A stretch of 64,000 nucleotides of DNA, from the NCBI GenBank assembly GCA_011772495.1, contig WVZL01000048.1, positions 24,465 through 88,464 on the forward strand, written 5' to 3'. Under the pieces are notes generated by a model that was not told the DNA's origin, did not search any database, and saw nothing but the letters and a program-made list of their open reading frames with translations. Position numbers and translations under genes: made by a program. The DNA is from Candidatus Aminicenantes bacterium (GTDB lineage Bacteria; Acidobacteriota; Aminicenantia; Aminicenantales; Aminicenantaceae). Shown piece by piece: positions 9,650 through 19,025 of this stretch (positions are counted from its first letter, which is position 1; the number at the start of each line of letters is the position of its first letter).

Positions 9650-10630
9650 TTATTTTTTGATCATGTCGGCGCGGACAAGAATATCAAACCCGTCAAAATA
9701 GTAGCGACGGATTCCTTGGTCTTCGTTGTATTCGTCTCTTCCCGCCATTATCTCTCGAAAAGCCGCAGCCACGCGAGGGATAACTTCACTTTTCACCCAG
9801 GGATCGTTGTGTCCTGAGCAGAGATGGTCGTATTCATTGAGGCGTTCTTCGAGTTTATCAATGGAGGCCAGGTAGTCCTTTATATCCACATCCTCTGGAT
9901 AGGCGTACAGGGGGCCTGGGAAGAATGTATCCCCAGTGAAAAGTATCCGGTTTTTCTTATCCAACAAACACATCGAGCCAGGAGAATGACCGGGCGTATG
10001 AATAACCTCAAGAGAGCGTCTTCCCAGCTCAATCGTGTCACCTTCTTCTAAGAGAGCCGTCGGAGTGACAGGCGGGATTTCCCAGGTTGCAGGATCAAAG
10101 CCTTCGGGCAGAGGCTTCCAGAGGGAATCACCCGTGACGCTTCTTTGAAGGGAGTCGTTATTCATGCCGGAGCGCAGCCTATCGAGGCAAGCAGAGTCAT
10201 TGTAGCAGGCAATTTCTTTGAATTGGTGATTATTGCCGATGTGATCCCAATGTCCGTGGGTATTCACCACCGAAACAGGATGGGAATTCAGCTTGGAGAC
10301 GACCTGTTTGAGGTCTCCAATGCCTGTACCTGTGTCAATAACGACTGCCTTATCGTTCCCGATGACAAGGTAACTGATAGCCTCTTCGAACTGATAGGGT
10401 TCGTAAATAGCATAAGTCGCCTCGAAGAGTTTATAAACCTCAAACCATTCTTGGCCGATTTCCACTTTCTCTAAGGTTGTGTATACCGGGCGAGGAAGTT
10501 TTTCCCACCACTTTTGAGGCTGGATGAGCTCTGAAGTTTTTTCGGTATCGCTTTGTTTTTTTTCTGTAACACAGCTGATCAATACCAGTAAAGCCAATAT
10601 GAGTCCCCAGCTTTTCCTTACCTGTCTCAT
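9650..10630 (-). CDS. Metallo-beta-lactamase-fold hydrolase, probable lipoprotein
   Basis: Lipobox-like LVLISC; THGHWDH, HTPGHSPG, TGDT, SGHN metal-binding motifs. Confidence 0.85.
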   Translation of the reverse strand: MRQVRKSWGLILALLVLISCVTEKKQSDTEKTSELIQPQKWWEKLPRPVYTTLEKVEIGQEWFEVYKLFEATYAIYEPYQFEEAISYLVIGNDKAVVIDTGTGIGDLKQVVSKLNSHPVSVVNTHGHWDHIGNNHQFKEIACYNDSACLDRLRSGMNNDSLQRSVTGDSLWKPLPEGFDPATWEIPPVTPTALLEEGDTIELGRRSLEVIHTPGHSPGSMCLLDKKNRILFTGDTFFPGPLYAYPEDVDIKDYLASIDKLEERLNEYDHLCSGHNDPWVKSEVIPRVAAAFREIMAGRDEYNEDQGIRRYYFDGFDILVRADMIKK

Positions 10631-10652
10631 TTTTTTTTCTCCTTGTTGAAGA

Positions 10653-10681
10653 TTTATAAATCAGGAATGGGATGATGTCAA
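10653..10681 (-). promoter_or_regulatory. Sigma70-type promoter for the MBL hydrolase gene
   Basis: Minus strand TTGACA-N17-TATAAA just upstream of the ATG at 10630. Confidence 0.65.
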
Positions 10682-10820
10682 TTCTAGGAGAGGCCTGATG
10701 GATCGTTGATAGGCTTCAGCCTAGGCCTGATGATATAGAGATGGGGAGCTTAATACGGAGTTAAATGAATGATTTTCTTAGAGAGTTTTCCCCCAACTCT
10801 CCTCTGTAGGAGTCTTCTGG

Positions 10821-10994
10821 TCAGACTCGGTGCTCTTCGTAAGGGGCTTTAGAATTTGAAATGGGGCCGATAAATGTATTGATTCTGACCTCGTCCTTGC
10901 AGTGATCGCAGATAATCTTTCCGTTCTTCAGGATTGTGCAGGGAGTAATGCCTATACATTTATCACATTGGAAAAAACCACTCTTTTTTTTCAT
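10821..10994 (-). CDS. Small Cys-rich protein (57 aa), putative zinc-ribbon; absent from ORF track
   Basis: MKKKSGFFQCDKCIGITPCTILKNGKIICDHCKDEVRINTFIGPISNSKAPYEEHRV*, preceded by AGGAGGAGGGT ribosome-binding site. Confidence 0.6.
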   Translation of the reverse strand: MKKKSGFFQCDKCIGITPCTILKNGKIICDHCKDEVRINTFIGPISNSKAPYEEHRV

Positions 10995-11110
10995 ACCCTC
11001 CTCCTGGTTAGTGATTGGTGAAGCTTATGTCTGATTCTCCCCATAATAGCCTTTTTTTGTTTCCGTATACTATTTAAGTCATGGGTGAAACAGGGTCAAT
11101 AGCCTTTGCA

Positions 11111-11155
11111 GATGATTTTAGGGGTGAGATATTTTCAATTTTTCTAACCCCTAGA
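11111..11155. repeat. Imperfect palindrome, TTAGGGGTGA...ACCCCTA family
   Basis: gatgattttaggggtgagatattttcaatttttctaacccctaga; homologous to 37014-37058, with half-sites at 45318-45345. Confidence 0.55.
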
Positions 11156-11220
11156 GATGATGGCCGAGGTGCTGATTTTTATGCTTTTGGCTCACTCGAA
11201 GCTGATGCTTAGGGTTATAT

Positions 11221-11249
11221 TTGACATTCAAACTCACCAGTGTTATATG
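11221..11249 (+). promoter_or_regulatory. Sigma70-type promoter
   Basis: TTGACA-N17-TATATG with TG extension, about 170 nt upstream of the ATG at 11423. Confidence 0.55.
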
Positions 11250-11422
11250 CTATAAGCTCTTATCTGTTCACCTCCAGAGAGTTCAGGCTTACCGAGGGAG
11301 AAAGAAGCTCCCAGTGTCCAAGGAGATGAAAGGCCATAAGATTGGGAAGAAAGGAAAAACTTCCTGATTGGGAAAATCACCAAGCTCTGCCCTTGATTAG
11401 AGCCGGGCAAAAAGGAGGAAAA

Positions 11423-11803
11423 ATGGAGAAGAAAGAGGAGGTTAAGGAGAAAAATAATAAGGGTGACGTGAAAGGAAGCAAACGCGATCCTTATTCGGGA
11501 ATATTCGGAGGTTTAATACTCATTCTTTTAGGAGTCCTGTTCTTATTAGCCACCATGGATGTGCTTTCCTGGGCGGATTGGTGGGCTTATTTTCTCGTAG
11601 GGTTGGGTGGTATTTTTATCATAGAGTTCATTGTCAGGAGTGTCACGCCCGCCTATCGCCACCAGCACAGAGGAAAGCTGGTTGTGGGAACAGTGCTTCT
11701 CATCGTGGGTGGGGCTCATATCCTGGGAATGGTGAGCTGGTGGCCCCTGATACTCATCGCTGTTGGTGTTATCATCGTTTTCACTTCACTCAAGAAGACC
11801 TAG
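11423..11803 (+). CDS. Small multi-pass membrane protein (LiaF/LiaI-type transmembrane region)
   Basis: AGGAGG RBS before ATG 11423 (track start 11342 less likely); GGLILILLGVLFLL...WW and SWWPLILIAVG segments. Confidence 0.65.
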   Translation: MEKKEEVKEKNNKGDVKGSKRDPYSGIFGGLILILLGVLFLLATMDVLSWADWWAYFLVGLGGIFIIEFIVRSVTPAYRHQHRGKLVVGTVLLIVGGAHILGMVSWWPLILIAVGVIIVFTSLKKT

Positions 11804-11954
11804 GGCTGCAATCTTTACAGAGAATAGACTGGGGAGATAGTTTTATATTTTTCTTATTCCTCCAAAAAAAACTGAACCTTTCCCAACAATCTTCTTCCCT
11901 CTTTTGTTATTCTTGTTGTAGTCGGTTGGAGTTTGAGTTGAATGCAAATCAGTT

Positions 11955-12326
11955 TTATTCCTTAGCCGAAAGATTTTCTTCAATAATTCCGAAGGTGTTC
12001 CCTTCTGTATCCTGGCAATAGGCAGAATATCCGACTCCTGGGATAGTTTGTTTTGGTGTGATGACTTTGCCTCCGGCTTGGGTAATCTTGGTTAAAAACT
12101 CATCTGCTGAGGCAACACTGACAGTGTTGATTGTCGGCACAGCAGGATCCTGGCGTCTCATAAAAGCTCCATCGATACCTGGCTCATTCTCAGGACCCGT
12201 CGTTATCAACCAGTAGTCCACGGGTCCTTCCCATTTCTCGATTTTCCAGCCAAAGACATCCTCGTAAAAACTGATGGCTCTTTCTGGATCATCCACACTG
12301 ATCTCGAAATGAACGACTCTAGGCAT
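11955..12326 (-). CDS. VOC (glyoxalase/bleomycin-resistance) family protein
   Basis: VVHFEISVDDPERAISFY...FGW, AGGKV, DTEGNTFGI; start placed at MPRVV after AAGGAGAG. Confidence 0.85.
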   Translation of the reverse strand: MPRVVHFEISVDDPERAISFYEDVFGWKIEKWEGPVDYWLITTGPENEPGIDGAFMRRQDPAVPTINTVSVASADEFLTKITQAGGKVITPKQTIPGVGYSAYCQDTEGNTFGIIEENLSAKE

Positions 12327-12514
12327 TTCTCTCCTTCCTTTCTGCATAAATATGAAGGATAGTAGGCATTAAACGATAAAAAATCAAGAAATCAGGAAAG
12401 GTTTTTCCATTTTCAACCAGATTGAGTTAAGATATTTAACCACCCCGAGGGGTCAATTTATCTTGATAGACTTTTGGAAATAGAAAAAAAACCGTATTAG
12501 GACGGGGGATTAGA

Positions 12515-13189
12515 ATGAAATTAGAAACTCTTTTAGAAAAGCTGGAATCTCTCTCTAATCCCAAAGCTGTGGAAGGAATGGCTATCTACGGCATTAATCC
12601 GGAGAAAGCTTACGGTGTCTCCATCCCTAGCTTGAGGAGAATGGCCAAAGAAGCCGGCAGAGATCACAGGCTGGCTCAAAAACTGTGGTCCTCTGAGATC
12701 CACGAAGCCAGGATACTGGCGAGCATGATCGATGATCCGAAGCAAGTGACTCAGGAACAAATGGAGAATTGGGTAAAAGACTTTAATTCCTGGGATCTTT
12801 GTGACCAATGTTGCAGCAATCTCTTCGAGAAAACAGATTTTGCCCTCAGAAAAGCTATAGAGTGGAGTTCTAGGGAAGAGGAATTTGTGAAGAGGGCTGG
12901 CTTTGTTCTTATGGCTCGACTGTCTGTGTGCGATAAAAAAGCTGAGGATTCGCTTTTTGAAGGATTCTTCCCTCTTATAAAGAGAGAAGCTGTCGATACG
13001 AGAAATTTTGTAAAGAAAGCCGTCAATTGGGCCTTGCGGCAGGTTGGAAAGCGGAATCCCAACTTAAATGCCAAGGCGATAGAACTAGCCAGGAACATCC
13101 AAAAGATGGATTCCAAAAGCGCGAAGTGGATAGCCTCTGATGCTATTCGTGAGTTGACGAGTACAGCCGTTCAAAAGAGATTACGTTGA
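12515..13189 (+). CDS. DNA alkylation repair protein (AlkD-like HEAT-repeat family)
   Basis: YGVSIPSLR, LWSSEIHEARILA, FNSWDLCD, EEFVKRAGF, FVKKAVNWALR. Confidence 0.8.
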   Translation: MKLETLLEKLESLSNPKAVEGMAIYGINPEKAYGVSIPSLRRMAKEAGRDHRLAQKLWSSEIHEARILASMIDDPKQVTQEQMENWVKDFNSWDLCDQCCSNLFEKTDFALRKAIEWSSREEEFVKRAGFVLMARLSVCDKKAEDSLFEGFFPLIKREAVDTRNFVKKAVNWALRQVGKRNPNLNAKAIELARNIQKMDSKSAKWIASDAIRELTSTAVQKRLR

Positions 13190-13237
13190 CGCTGAATTGG
13201 AGGAAGTTCTAGACGGCTAAAAAAGAGAGTTTTAAAT

Positions 13238-13588
13238 TTACTCTTCGAAATCGAATTTATCTGACTTATCTTCCCCTTCTCCTTCAAAATTTTCTTCGAA
13301 GTTGCGTTCTTCTTCATAGGGGGATTCGCCTTCCTCTTCTTTCCGCTGTTCTATAGCCTGATCGAATTCGTCACTATCTTCGTAGCGCCTTAAATAATTA
13401 GCAGCTGTATCGCTGTAGCACAATTCCAAAAGATCGTCCTCGATTTTGCAAAAAATGGACATGTTGTGTCCGGTTTGAAGGTTACCCACTTTTTCAACCA
13501 CCTCTGCTTTCTTTTTTATGGAATCTAAAGTCAGCCAGCTCGTGATTTCGATTTCTTCCATTTCGGGCTCCCAAAAGAAAAATATCAA
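13238..13588 (-). CDS. Hypothetical acidic protein
   Basis: 116-aa ORF filling the gap between the AlkD-like gene and clpB, Glu/Asp-rich C-terminus; alternative start at 13561. Confidence 0.55.
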   Translation of the reverse strand: MIFFFWEPEMEEIEITSWLTLDSIKKKAEVVEKVGNLQTGHNMSIFCKIEDDLLELCYSDTAANYLRRYEDSDEFDQAIEQRKEEEGESPYEEERNFEENFEGEGEDKSDKFDFEE

Positions 13589-13690
13589 TTTTTATAGAAT
13601 TGTCAAGAGAAAATTTAAAAAAAAAGACTCTTCAATCATAGCCAAAGCAACTCCAATTCCCTAGATCTCTTTGAATTGCCTTTTGTTGGC

Positions 13691-13719
13691 TTGACATACG
13701 CAAGGTTGAATATTTTAAT
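13691..13719 (+). promoter_or_regulatory. Sigma70-type promoter of clpB
   Basis: TTGACA-N17-TTTAAT directly upstream of the RBS GAGGAG and ATG 13737. Confidence 0.6.
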
Positions 13720-13736
13720 AAGAGAGGAGAGATAAG

Positions 13737-16316
13737 ATGAGATGGGACAAGTTCACGGTCATGTCGCAGGAAGCTTTTCAGGCAGCTCAATCTAAGGCTG
13801 AAGAATTCAGTCATCAAGAGCTAGGGCCCGAGCATCTTCTCTGGAGTTTTTTAAATCAAGAGGAAAATATCGTTATCGGGGTCTTAACCAAGCTAGAGGT
13901 AAATATCACCAAGATTCGTGAGGAGCTTGAGGCCTACCTGAATAAGCTTCCCAAGGTGGAGGGAGTAGAAGTATACCTTTCTTCAGGTTTACGCCGGCTC
14001 ATGACCGGAGCTCAGAAGGAAGCTGACAAGTTAAAAGATGAATACATCTCTACTGAACATCTCTTTCTGGCGATCTTAAAAGACGGCTCGAGCGTGGCCA
14101 GCAAGATTTTGGAGAAGAATGGTGTATCCGAGAATGCTGTGCTTAAGGCTCTCATGTCTATTAGAGGTTCCCAGCGAATCACAGACCCTCAACCCGAAGG
14201 AAAATATCAGGTACTCAAGCGCTATGCCCGGGATATTACAGAACTAGCCAGACAAGGAAAACTGGATCCTGTTATAGGTAGAGAGGATGAGATCAGAAGA
14301 GTTATCCAGGTCCTCTCGCGAAGGACAAAGAATAATCCTGTCTTGATAGGGGAAGCAGGTGTGGGGAAGACAGCTATAGTCGAGGGGCTTGCTCAGCGCA
14401 TTGCCAATGGGGATGTCCCCCAATCCCTGAAAAATAAGAGACTTATTGCTCTGGACATAGGTGCTTTGATTGCCGGAACAAAATTCCGAGGAGAATTTGA
14501 GGATAGGTTGAAAGCGATCCTGAAGGAGATCAAAGAAGAAAAGGGAGAGATAGTTCTTTTCATTGACGAACTGCATACGATTATTGGAGCCGGAGCAGCC
14601 GAAGGCGCTGTTGATGCTTCCAATATGCTGAAGCCGCCTTTAGCCAGGGGGGAACTCCGCTGCGTGGGAGCCACAACCCTTAATGAGTACCAGAAGCATA
14701 TCGAGAAAGATGCTGCCTTGGAAAGGAGATTTCAGCAGGTTTATGTGGGAGAGCCCTCAACGGAAGAGACCATTTCCATCCTGAGAGGGTTGAAGGAAAA
14801 ATATGAGGTCCACCACGGAGTTGAAATCAAAGATTCAGCCTTAGTCGCAGCAGCGACTCTTTCCAGCCGCTATATAGCCGATCGTTATCTTCCTGACAAG
14901 GCAATAGATCTGATCGATGAAGCCGCCTCCCGCATTCGGATTGAGATAGACAGTATGCCGGAGGAGATAGACGAACTGGAGAGAAAAATTGTCCAGATTG
15001 AGATTGAGAAGCAGGCCCTTAAGAAAGAGAAAGACAAAGAATCAAAGGAAAAGTTGGAAAAATTGAACATAGATTTGGCTAACATTAAGGAGAAAAACAA
15101 AGCTCTTAAGGCTCACTGGGAGCGAGAGAAGGAACTGATTGAGGCCCTGCACAGGATGAAAGAGCAGGTGGATTCTCTTAGAGTTGAGGGACAGAGCGCA
15201 GAGAGAAGAGGTGACTTGGAGAAGGTCGCCGAGATTAGATACGGGAAGCTAGTCGAGACAGAAAAGCAGATAAAGGAAATAACCCAGAAATTATCACAGG
15301 TCCAGAAGAAAGGGAAAATGCTAAAAGAAGAGGTGGATGAGGAAGATGTGGCTGAAGTTGTCTCCAAGTGGACTGGAATTCCTGTTTCTAGGATGTTAGA
15401 AGGAGAGGTGGAGAAGCTCATCAAGATGGAGGCTAACCTGGGTAAGAGAGTCGTCGGTCAAAACCAGGCTCTTCAAGCTGTAGCAGATACCATAAGGCGC
15501 GCCAGGGCCGGCATCCAGGATGCCACGCGTCCTCTGGGTTCCTTCATTTTCATGGGACCTACTGGGGTTGGAAAGACAGAGCTTGCTCGAGCCCTGGCAG
15601 AATTTCTGTTTGATGATGAACGAGCACTCGTAAGGCTTGACATGTCAGAATACATGGAAAAACACACTGTCTCACGATTGATCGGGGCTCCCCCTGGATA
15701 TGTAGGCTATGAGGAAGGAGGCCAGCTCACCGAGGCCATAAAACGACGACCCTATTCCATAATTCTTCTTGATGAGATAGAAAAGGCTCATTCCGATGTT
15801 TTCAATATTCTCCTTCAAATATTAGATGATGGCCGGCTTACCGATGGCAAGGGAAGAACGGTCGACTTTAAGAACACCATCATTATCATGACCTCCAACT
15901 TGGGAAGCCAGGTGATAAAGGAGCTCAGAGGAGATCATGAAGCGATGGAGAAGAAAATCAGAGAAATCCTAGAAAGTCATTTCAGGCCTGAGTTTCTGAA
16001 TCGAGTGGACGAGACCATCATCTTTAAGGCGCTCTCTTCGGAGATAATTCTTAAGATTGTGGATCTGCAGATAGACGAGCTGAGGAGAAGACTCCAGGAG
16101 AAGAAGATTGACGTCGAGTTAAGCGAGGAAGCCAAGAAGTTACTGGCAGAAAGAGGCTATGATCCGGTTTACGGAGCTAGGCCTCTGAAGAGAACCATAC
16201 AGCAGGATATTCAGAATCCGCTGGCCTTAAAAATTTTGGAAAAAGAGTATAAGGAGGGAGATAAGGTCAAGATCGGAGTGAATAATAAAAAAGAGTTTGT
16301 CTTCTCAAAAAAGTAA
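13737..16316 (+). CDS. clpB: ATP-dependent chaperone ClpB
   Basis: Two AAA+ modules ([16 protein letters not shown]), long coiled-coil middle domain, [18 protein letters not shown]. Confidence 0.97.
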   Translation: MRWDKFTVMSQEAFQAAQSKAEEFSHQELGPEHLLWSFLNQEENIVIGVLTKLEVNITKIREELEAYLNKLPKVEGVEVYLSSGLRRLMTGAQKEADKLKDEYISTEHLFLAILKDGSSVASKILEKNGVSENAVLKALMSIRGSQRITDPQPEGKYQVLKRYARDITELARQGKLDPVIGREDEIRRVIQVLSRRTKNNPVLIGEAGVGKTAIVEGLAQRIANGDVPQSLKNKRLIALDIGALIAGTKFRGEFEDRLKAILKEIKEEKGEIVLFIDELHTIIGAGAAEGAVDASNMLKPPLARGELRCVGATTLNEYQKHIEKDAALERRFQQVYVGEPSTEETISILRGLKEKYEVHHGVEIKDSALVAAATLSSRYIADRYLPDKAIDLIDEAASRIRIEIDSMPEEIDELERKIVQIEIEKQALKKEKDKESKEKLEKLNIDLANIKEKNKALKAHWEREKELIEALHRMKEQVDSLRVEGQSAERRGDLEKVAEIRYGKLVETEKQIKEITQKLSQVQKKGKMLKEEVDEEDVAEVVSKWTGIPVSRMLEGEVEKLIKMEANLGKRVVGQNQALQAVADTIRRARAGIQDATRPLGSFIFMGPTGVGKTELARALAEFLFDDERALVRLDMSEYMEKHTVSRLIGAPPGYVGYEEGGQLTEAIKRRPYSIILLDEIEKAHSDVFNILLQILDDGRLTDGKGRTVDFKNTIIIMTSNLGSQVIKELRGDHEAMEKKIREILESHFRPEFLNRVDETIIFKALSSEIILKIVDLQIDELRRRLQEKKIDVELSEEAKKLLAERGYDPVYGARPLKRTIQQDIQNPLALKILEKEYKEGDKVKIGVNNKKEFVFSKK

Positions 16317-16343
16317 GATTAAAAGGCATTAAAGGAGAAATAA

Positions 16344-16565
16344 ATGGAAGAAAAAGTCAAAGAGGTTATCGAGGAGTTAAGGCCTCATCTCCAGGCTGAT
16401 GGGGGAGATGTGGAGCTGGTAGAAGTTACTGATGATGGAGTGGTCAAGGTTAGGTTGCTGGGTGCCTGTGAAGGATGCCCGATGCGGGAGATGACCTTGA
16501 CCCAGGGAATCACTCAGTTCATAAAAAAGAAGATTCCTGAGATTAAAGAAGTTCAAGCTGTCTAA
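16344..16565 (+). CDS. NifU/NfuA C-terminal domain protein
   Basis: LRPHLQADGGDVELV...RLLGACEGCP CxxC motif. Confidence 0.9.
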   Translation: MEEKVKEVIEELRPHLQADGGDVELVEVTDDGVVKVRLLGACEGCPMREMTLTQGITQFIKKKIPEIKEVQAV

Positions 16566-16648
16566 ATCAGGCCATATTTTATTTGACAAAAAATTGATAA
16601 ATGTAGTAAAGAGAGGAAATGCATAAAGCAGATTAAAAGGAGGCAAAA

Positions 16649-17989
16649 ATGAAAAAGGCAAAAATTTTCTTTTCAGTGCTCATCTTGACTGCCTTTCTCG
16701 CCACTCCGGGTCTGCCCAATGGCTTAAACCTGAACAGTATCGGTACTAAAGCCTTGGCCATGGGCGGTGCTTTTGTGGGCTTAGCAGATGATTTCAGTGC
16801 CATTTACTGGAATCCAGCCGGGATTGCTCATTTCGATCAAAAGTATTTTGGTTTCTACGGCGTCGATATCCTTCCTACTGGCAACTACAAGCTCTCTCCC
16901 AATATTCCGGGCGTGGGAGAATTCTCTCTCGTCAACGCTGAGACTGAACGAAAGCATTATCTGGCGGGAATGGTCGCCTATTATCATCCGGTAACTGAGA
17001 ATTTAGTGGCTGGCCTGAGCATCTATACTCCTTCAGGTCTTGGTGCGAAATGGAGTGGGGCTGATTTTGCTGTTCTTGCCAATAATAATCCTTCTATTAA
17101 GTGGACCAGTAAGATTGGAGTTGTTACCTTTGCTCCAGCTATTGCTTATAAGGTGAATGACCAGATTTCTGTCGGGCTGGCCCTGAACATAAACTACGGA
17201 ATCTTTGATATCGCCACGCATGCTGGTGCGGCCGAAGTTTCTGGGATCCCGGTGGACCTCGGTCAGTATGAAGAGACTATGAATGGATGGGGATACGGAG
17301 CAACATTCGGGCTCCTGTATAAGCTGAATGAAAAAGTCAGCCTGGGCGCGACCTTTCGAACCCCGAGTACTGTAAAATTCAGCGGAGAAGCCACTATCTC
17401 TGGTATGCCCCTACTGGGAGCAAATTCGACGTCAGACCTTGATAGAGAGGTCACCTGGCCGATGTGGATCGCTGCAGGAGTTGCTTTTCGGCCCCTGGAT
17501 AAACTTGTCTTGACTGGCGACCTGCAATGGACCCAGTGGTCAAAAATCGATAATATCGAGACGACTTTCAAGGATCCTTTTTGGGACGTTATGATGAGTG
17601 CCAGCGGTGATGATAAAAGGCCCATGAACTGGGATGATGCCCTCCAGATCCGGGTTGGAGGTGAATACTGGATTAACAATATCGCTTTCCGAGCCGGTTT
17701 TTATATTGATCCCTCTCCTGCTCCTGATAACACCATGAATGTTCTCGTTCCAAATTATGATTACAATGTCTTTACTGCTGGCGTAGGATATAGTCTTAAC
17801 GGTCTTCAGATAGATTTTTCAATCGAGTACCTAATAGGAAAAGAGAGAAGCATTCCTTTTTCAGTTATCCCTATAGCTGCCCCTCCCTATTTCGAGATTG
17901 TGTTGGCTGACAAATATGAAACAGCAATGCCTGGGACCTACAAGCAGAAAATTCTCGCTCCCAATATTTCCGTAAGCTATAAGTTCTGA
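16649..17989 (+). CDS. FadL/OmpP1-family outer membrane transporter
   Basis: Signal peptide, GTKALAMGGAFVGLADDFSAIYWNPAG, terminal SVSYKF. Confidence 0.85.
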   Translation: MKKAKIFFSVLILTAFLATPGLPNGLNLNSIGTKALAMGGAFVGLADDFSAIYWNPAGIAHFDQKYFGFYGVDILPTGNYKLSPNIPGVGEFSLVNAETERKHYLAGMVAYYHPVTENLVAGLSIYTPSGLGAKWSGADFAVLANNNPSIKWTSKIGVVTFAPAIAYKVNDQISVGLALNINYGIFDIATHAGAAEVSGIPVDLGQYEETMNGWGYGATFGLLYKLNEKVSLGATFRTPSTVKFSGEATISGMPLLGANSTSDLDREVTWPMWIAAGVAFRPLDKLVLTGDLQWTQWSKIDNIETTFKDPFWDVMMSASGDDKRPMNWDDALQIRVGGEYWINNIAFRAGFYIDPSPAPDNTMNVLVPNYDYNVFTAGVGYSLNGLQIDFSIEYLIGKERSIPFSVIPIAAPPYFEIVLADKYETAMPGTYKQKILAPNISVSYKF

Positions 17990-18015
17990 CAGCCAGAACG
18001 GGCTGTTTGTTTTTC
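17990..18015 (+). terminator. Putative intrinsic terminator after the FadL-like gene
   Basis: acagcc-agaacg-ggctgt hairpin followed by ttgttttt. Confidence 0.45.
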
Positions 18016-18103
18016 CTGTTACCTGTTTTCGCTCTGGTACAAGGAAAGGGGTGTTCTCCATCCAAGAGGAATCATGATCTCATGAGGCTTTAGAGGGGAT
18101 ACA

Positions 18104-18976
18104 ATGAAGATTCGAAAAGCCGTTATTCCTGCTGCTGGCTTTGGCACTCGCTTCCTGCCAGCCACAAAATCGCAACCCAAGGAAATGCTGCCGGTTATCG
18201 ATAAGCCTCTCATCCAGTACTGTGTGGAAGAAGCGGTTCAAGCAGGCATCGAAAGCATCGCTGTCATCACCAGTAGAGGGAAATCGTCTATGGAGGATTA
18301 TTTTGACCGTAGTCCCGAATTAGAGCAGTTCCTGAAAGAGAAGAAAAAACTCGATTTCCTACAAGAGGTTAGGGAAATATCGAAAATGGCGGAATTTGTT
18401 TTCATCCGTCAGAAACAGGCCTTAGGACTAGGGCATGCAATTCTAATGGCTGAAGGATATGTTGGTCAGGAGCCCTTTGCTGTGCTTCTCCCTGACGACA
18501 TATTCGACTGCCCCCGACCCTGTATCCAACAGCTCACTGATGCGTTTCTAGAGTTCAAGGCTTCGTTCCTGGTTCTCGGGCGTGTGGATGAGGAGGGGAC
18601 TAAAAAATACGGAATCGTCAAGCCTAAACAGGTCTCGGAGAGGGTTTTTCAAGTGGAAGATATGATCGAAAAACCCGGACCAGAGAAAGCTTTTTCCGAC
18701 TTGGGCATTCTCGGTCGGTATGTGTTTACTCCTGAAATATTCGAGGCCATAAAAAAAACTGCTCCTGATAAAAAAGGAGAAATTCAGATCACTGACGCCA
18801 TAAAACTCATCCTGGAAATACAGCCTGTTTACGGTTATCTTTTTGAGGGAATACGCTATGATGCAGGAGATAAGTTTGGATTCCTGCAGGCGACGATTGA
18901 GCTGGCTTTAAAGCGGCCTGAGTTCAGCCAGAAACTCAGGAAACACCTTGAATCTTTATTGTCTCTAACCGAATAG
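18104..18976 (+). CDS. galU: UTP--glucose-1-phosphate uridylyltransferase
   Basis: KAVIPAAGFGTRFLPATKSQPKEMLP, LGLGHA, GEIQITDA, YDAGDKFG. Confidence 0.95.
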   Translation: MKIRKAVIPAAGFGTRFLPATKSQPKEMLPVIDKPLIQYCVEEAVQAGIESIAVITSRGKSSMEDYFDRSPELEQFLKEKKKLDFLQEVREISKMAEFVFIRQKQALGLGHAILMAEGYVGQEPFAVLLPDDIFDCPRPCIQQLTDAFLEFKASFLVLGRVDEEGTKKYGIVKPKQVSERVFQVEDMIEKPGPEKAFSDLGILGRYVFTPEIFEAIKKTAPDKKGEIQITDAIKLILEIQPVYGYLFEGIRYDAGDKFGFLQATIELALKRPEFSQKLRKHLESLLSLTE

Positions 18977-19025
18977 AGCAGAAACTAGAGATACCGGATA
19001 AGTTAAATAATCAGGCTTGGTGGAA

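Noticed and set aside
11256-11400. SAM-I riboswitch suggested by CTCTTATC at the leader start; also a 13-aa Lys-rich mini-ORF (MKGHKIGKKGKTS)
   Set aside because: The remaining SAM-I core (AGAG..GAGGGA, GCAACC, GGTGC, GATRAG) is missing. The mini-ORF has zero spacing between its SD and ATG.
13590-13736. Heat-shock operator (CIRCE/CtsR) upstream of clpB
   Set aside because: No TTAGCACTC-N9-GAGTGCTAA or GGTCAAA direct repeat is present.
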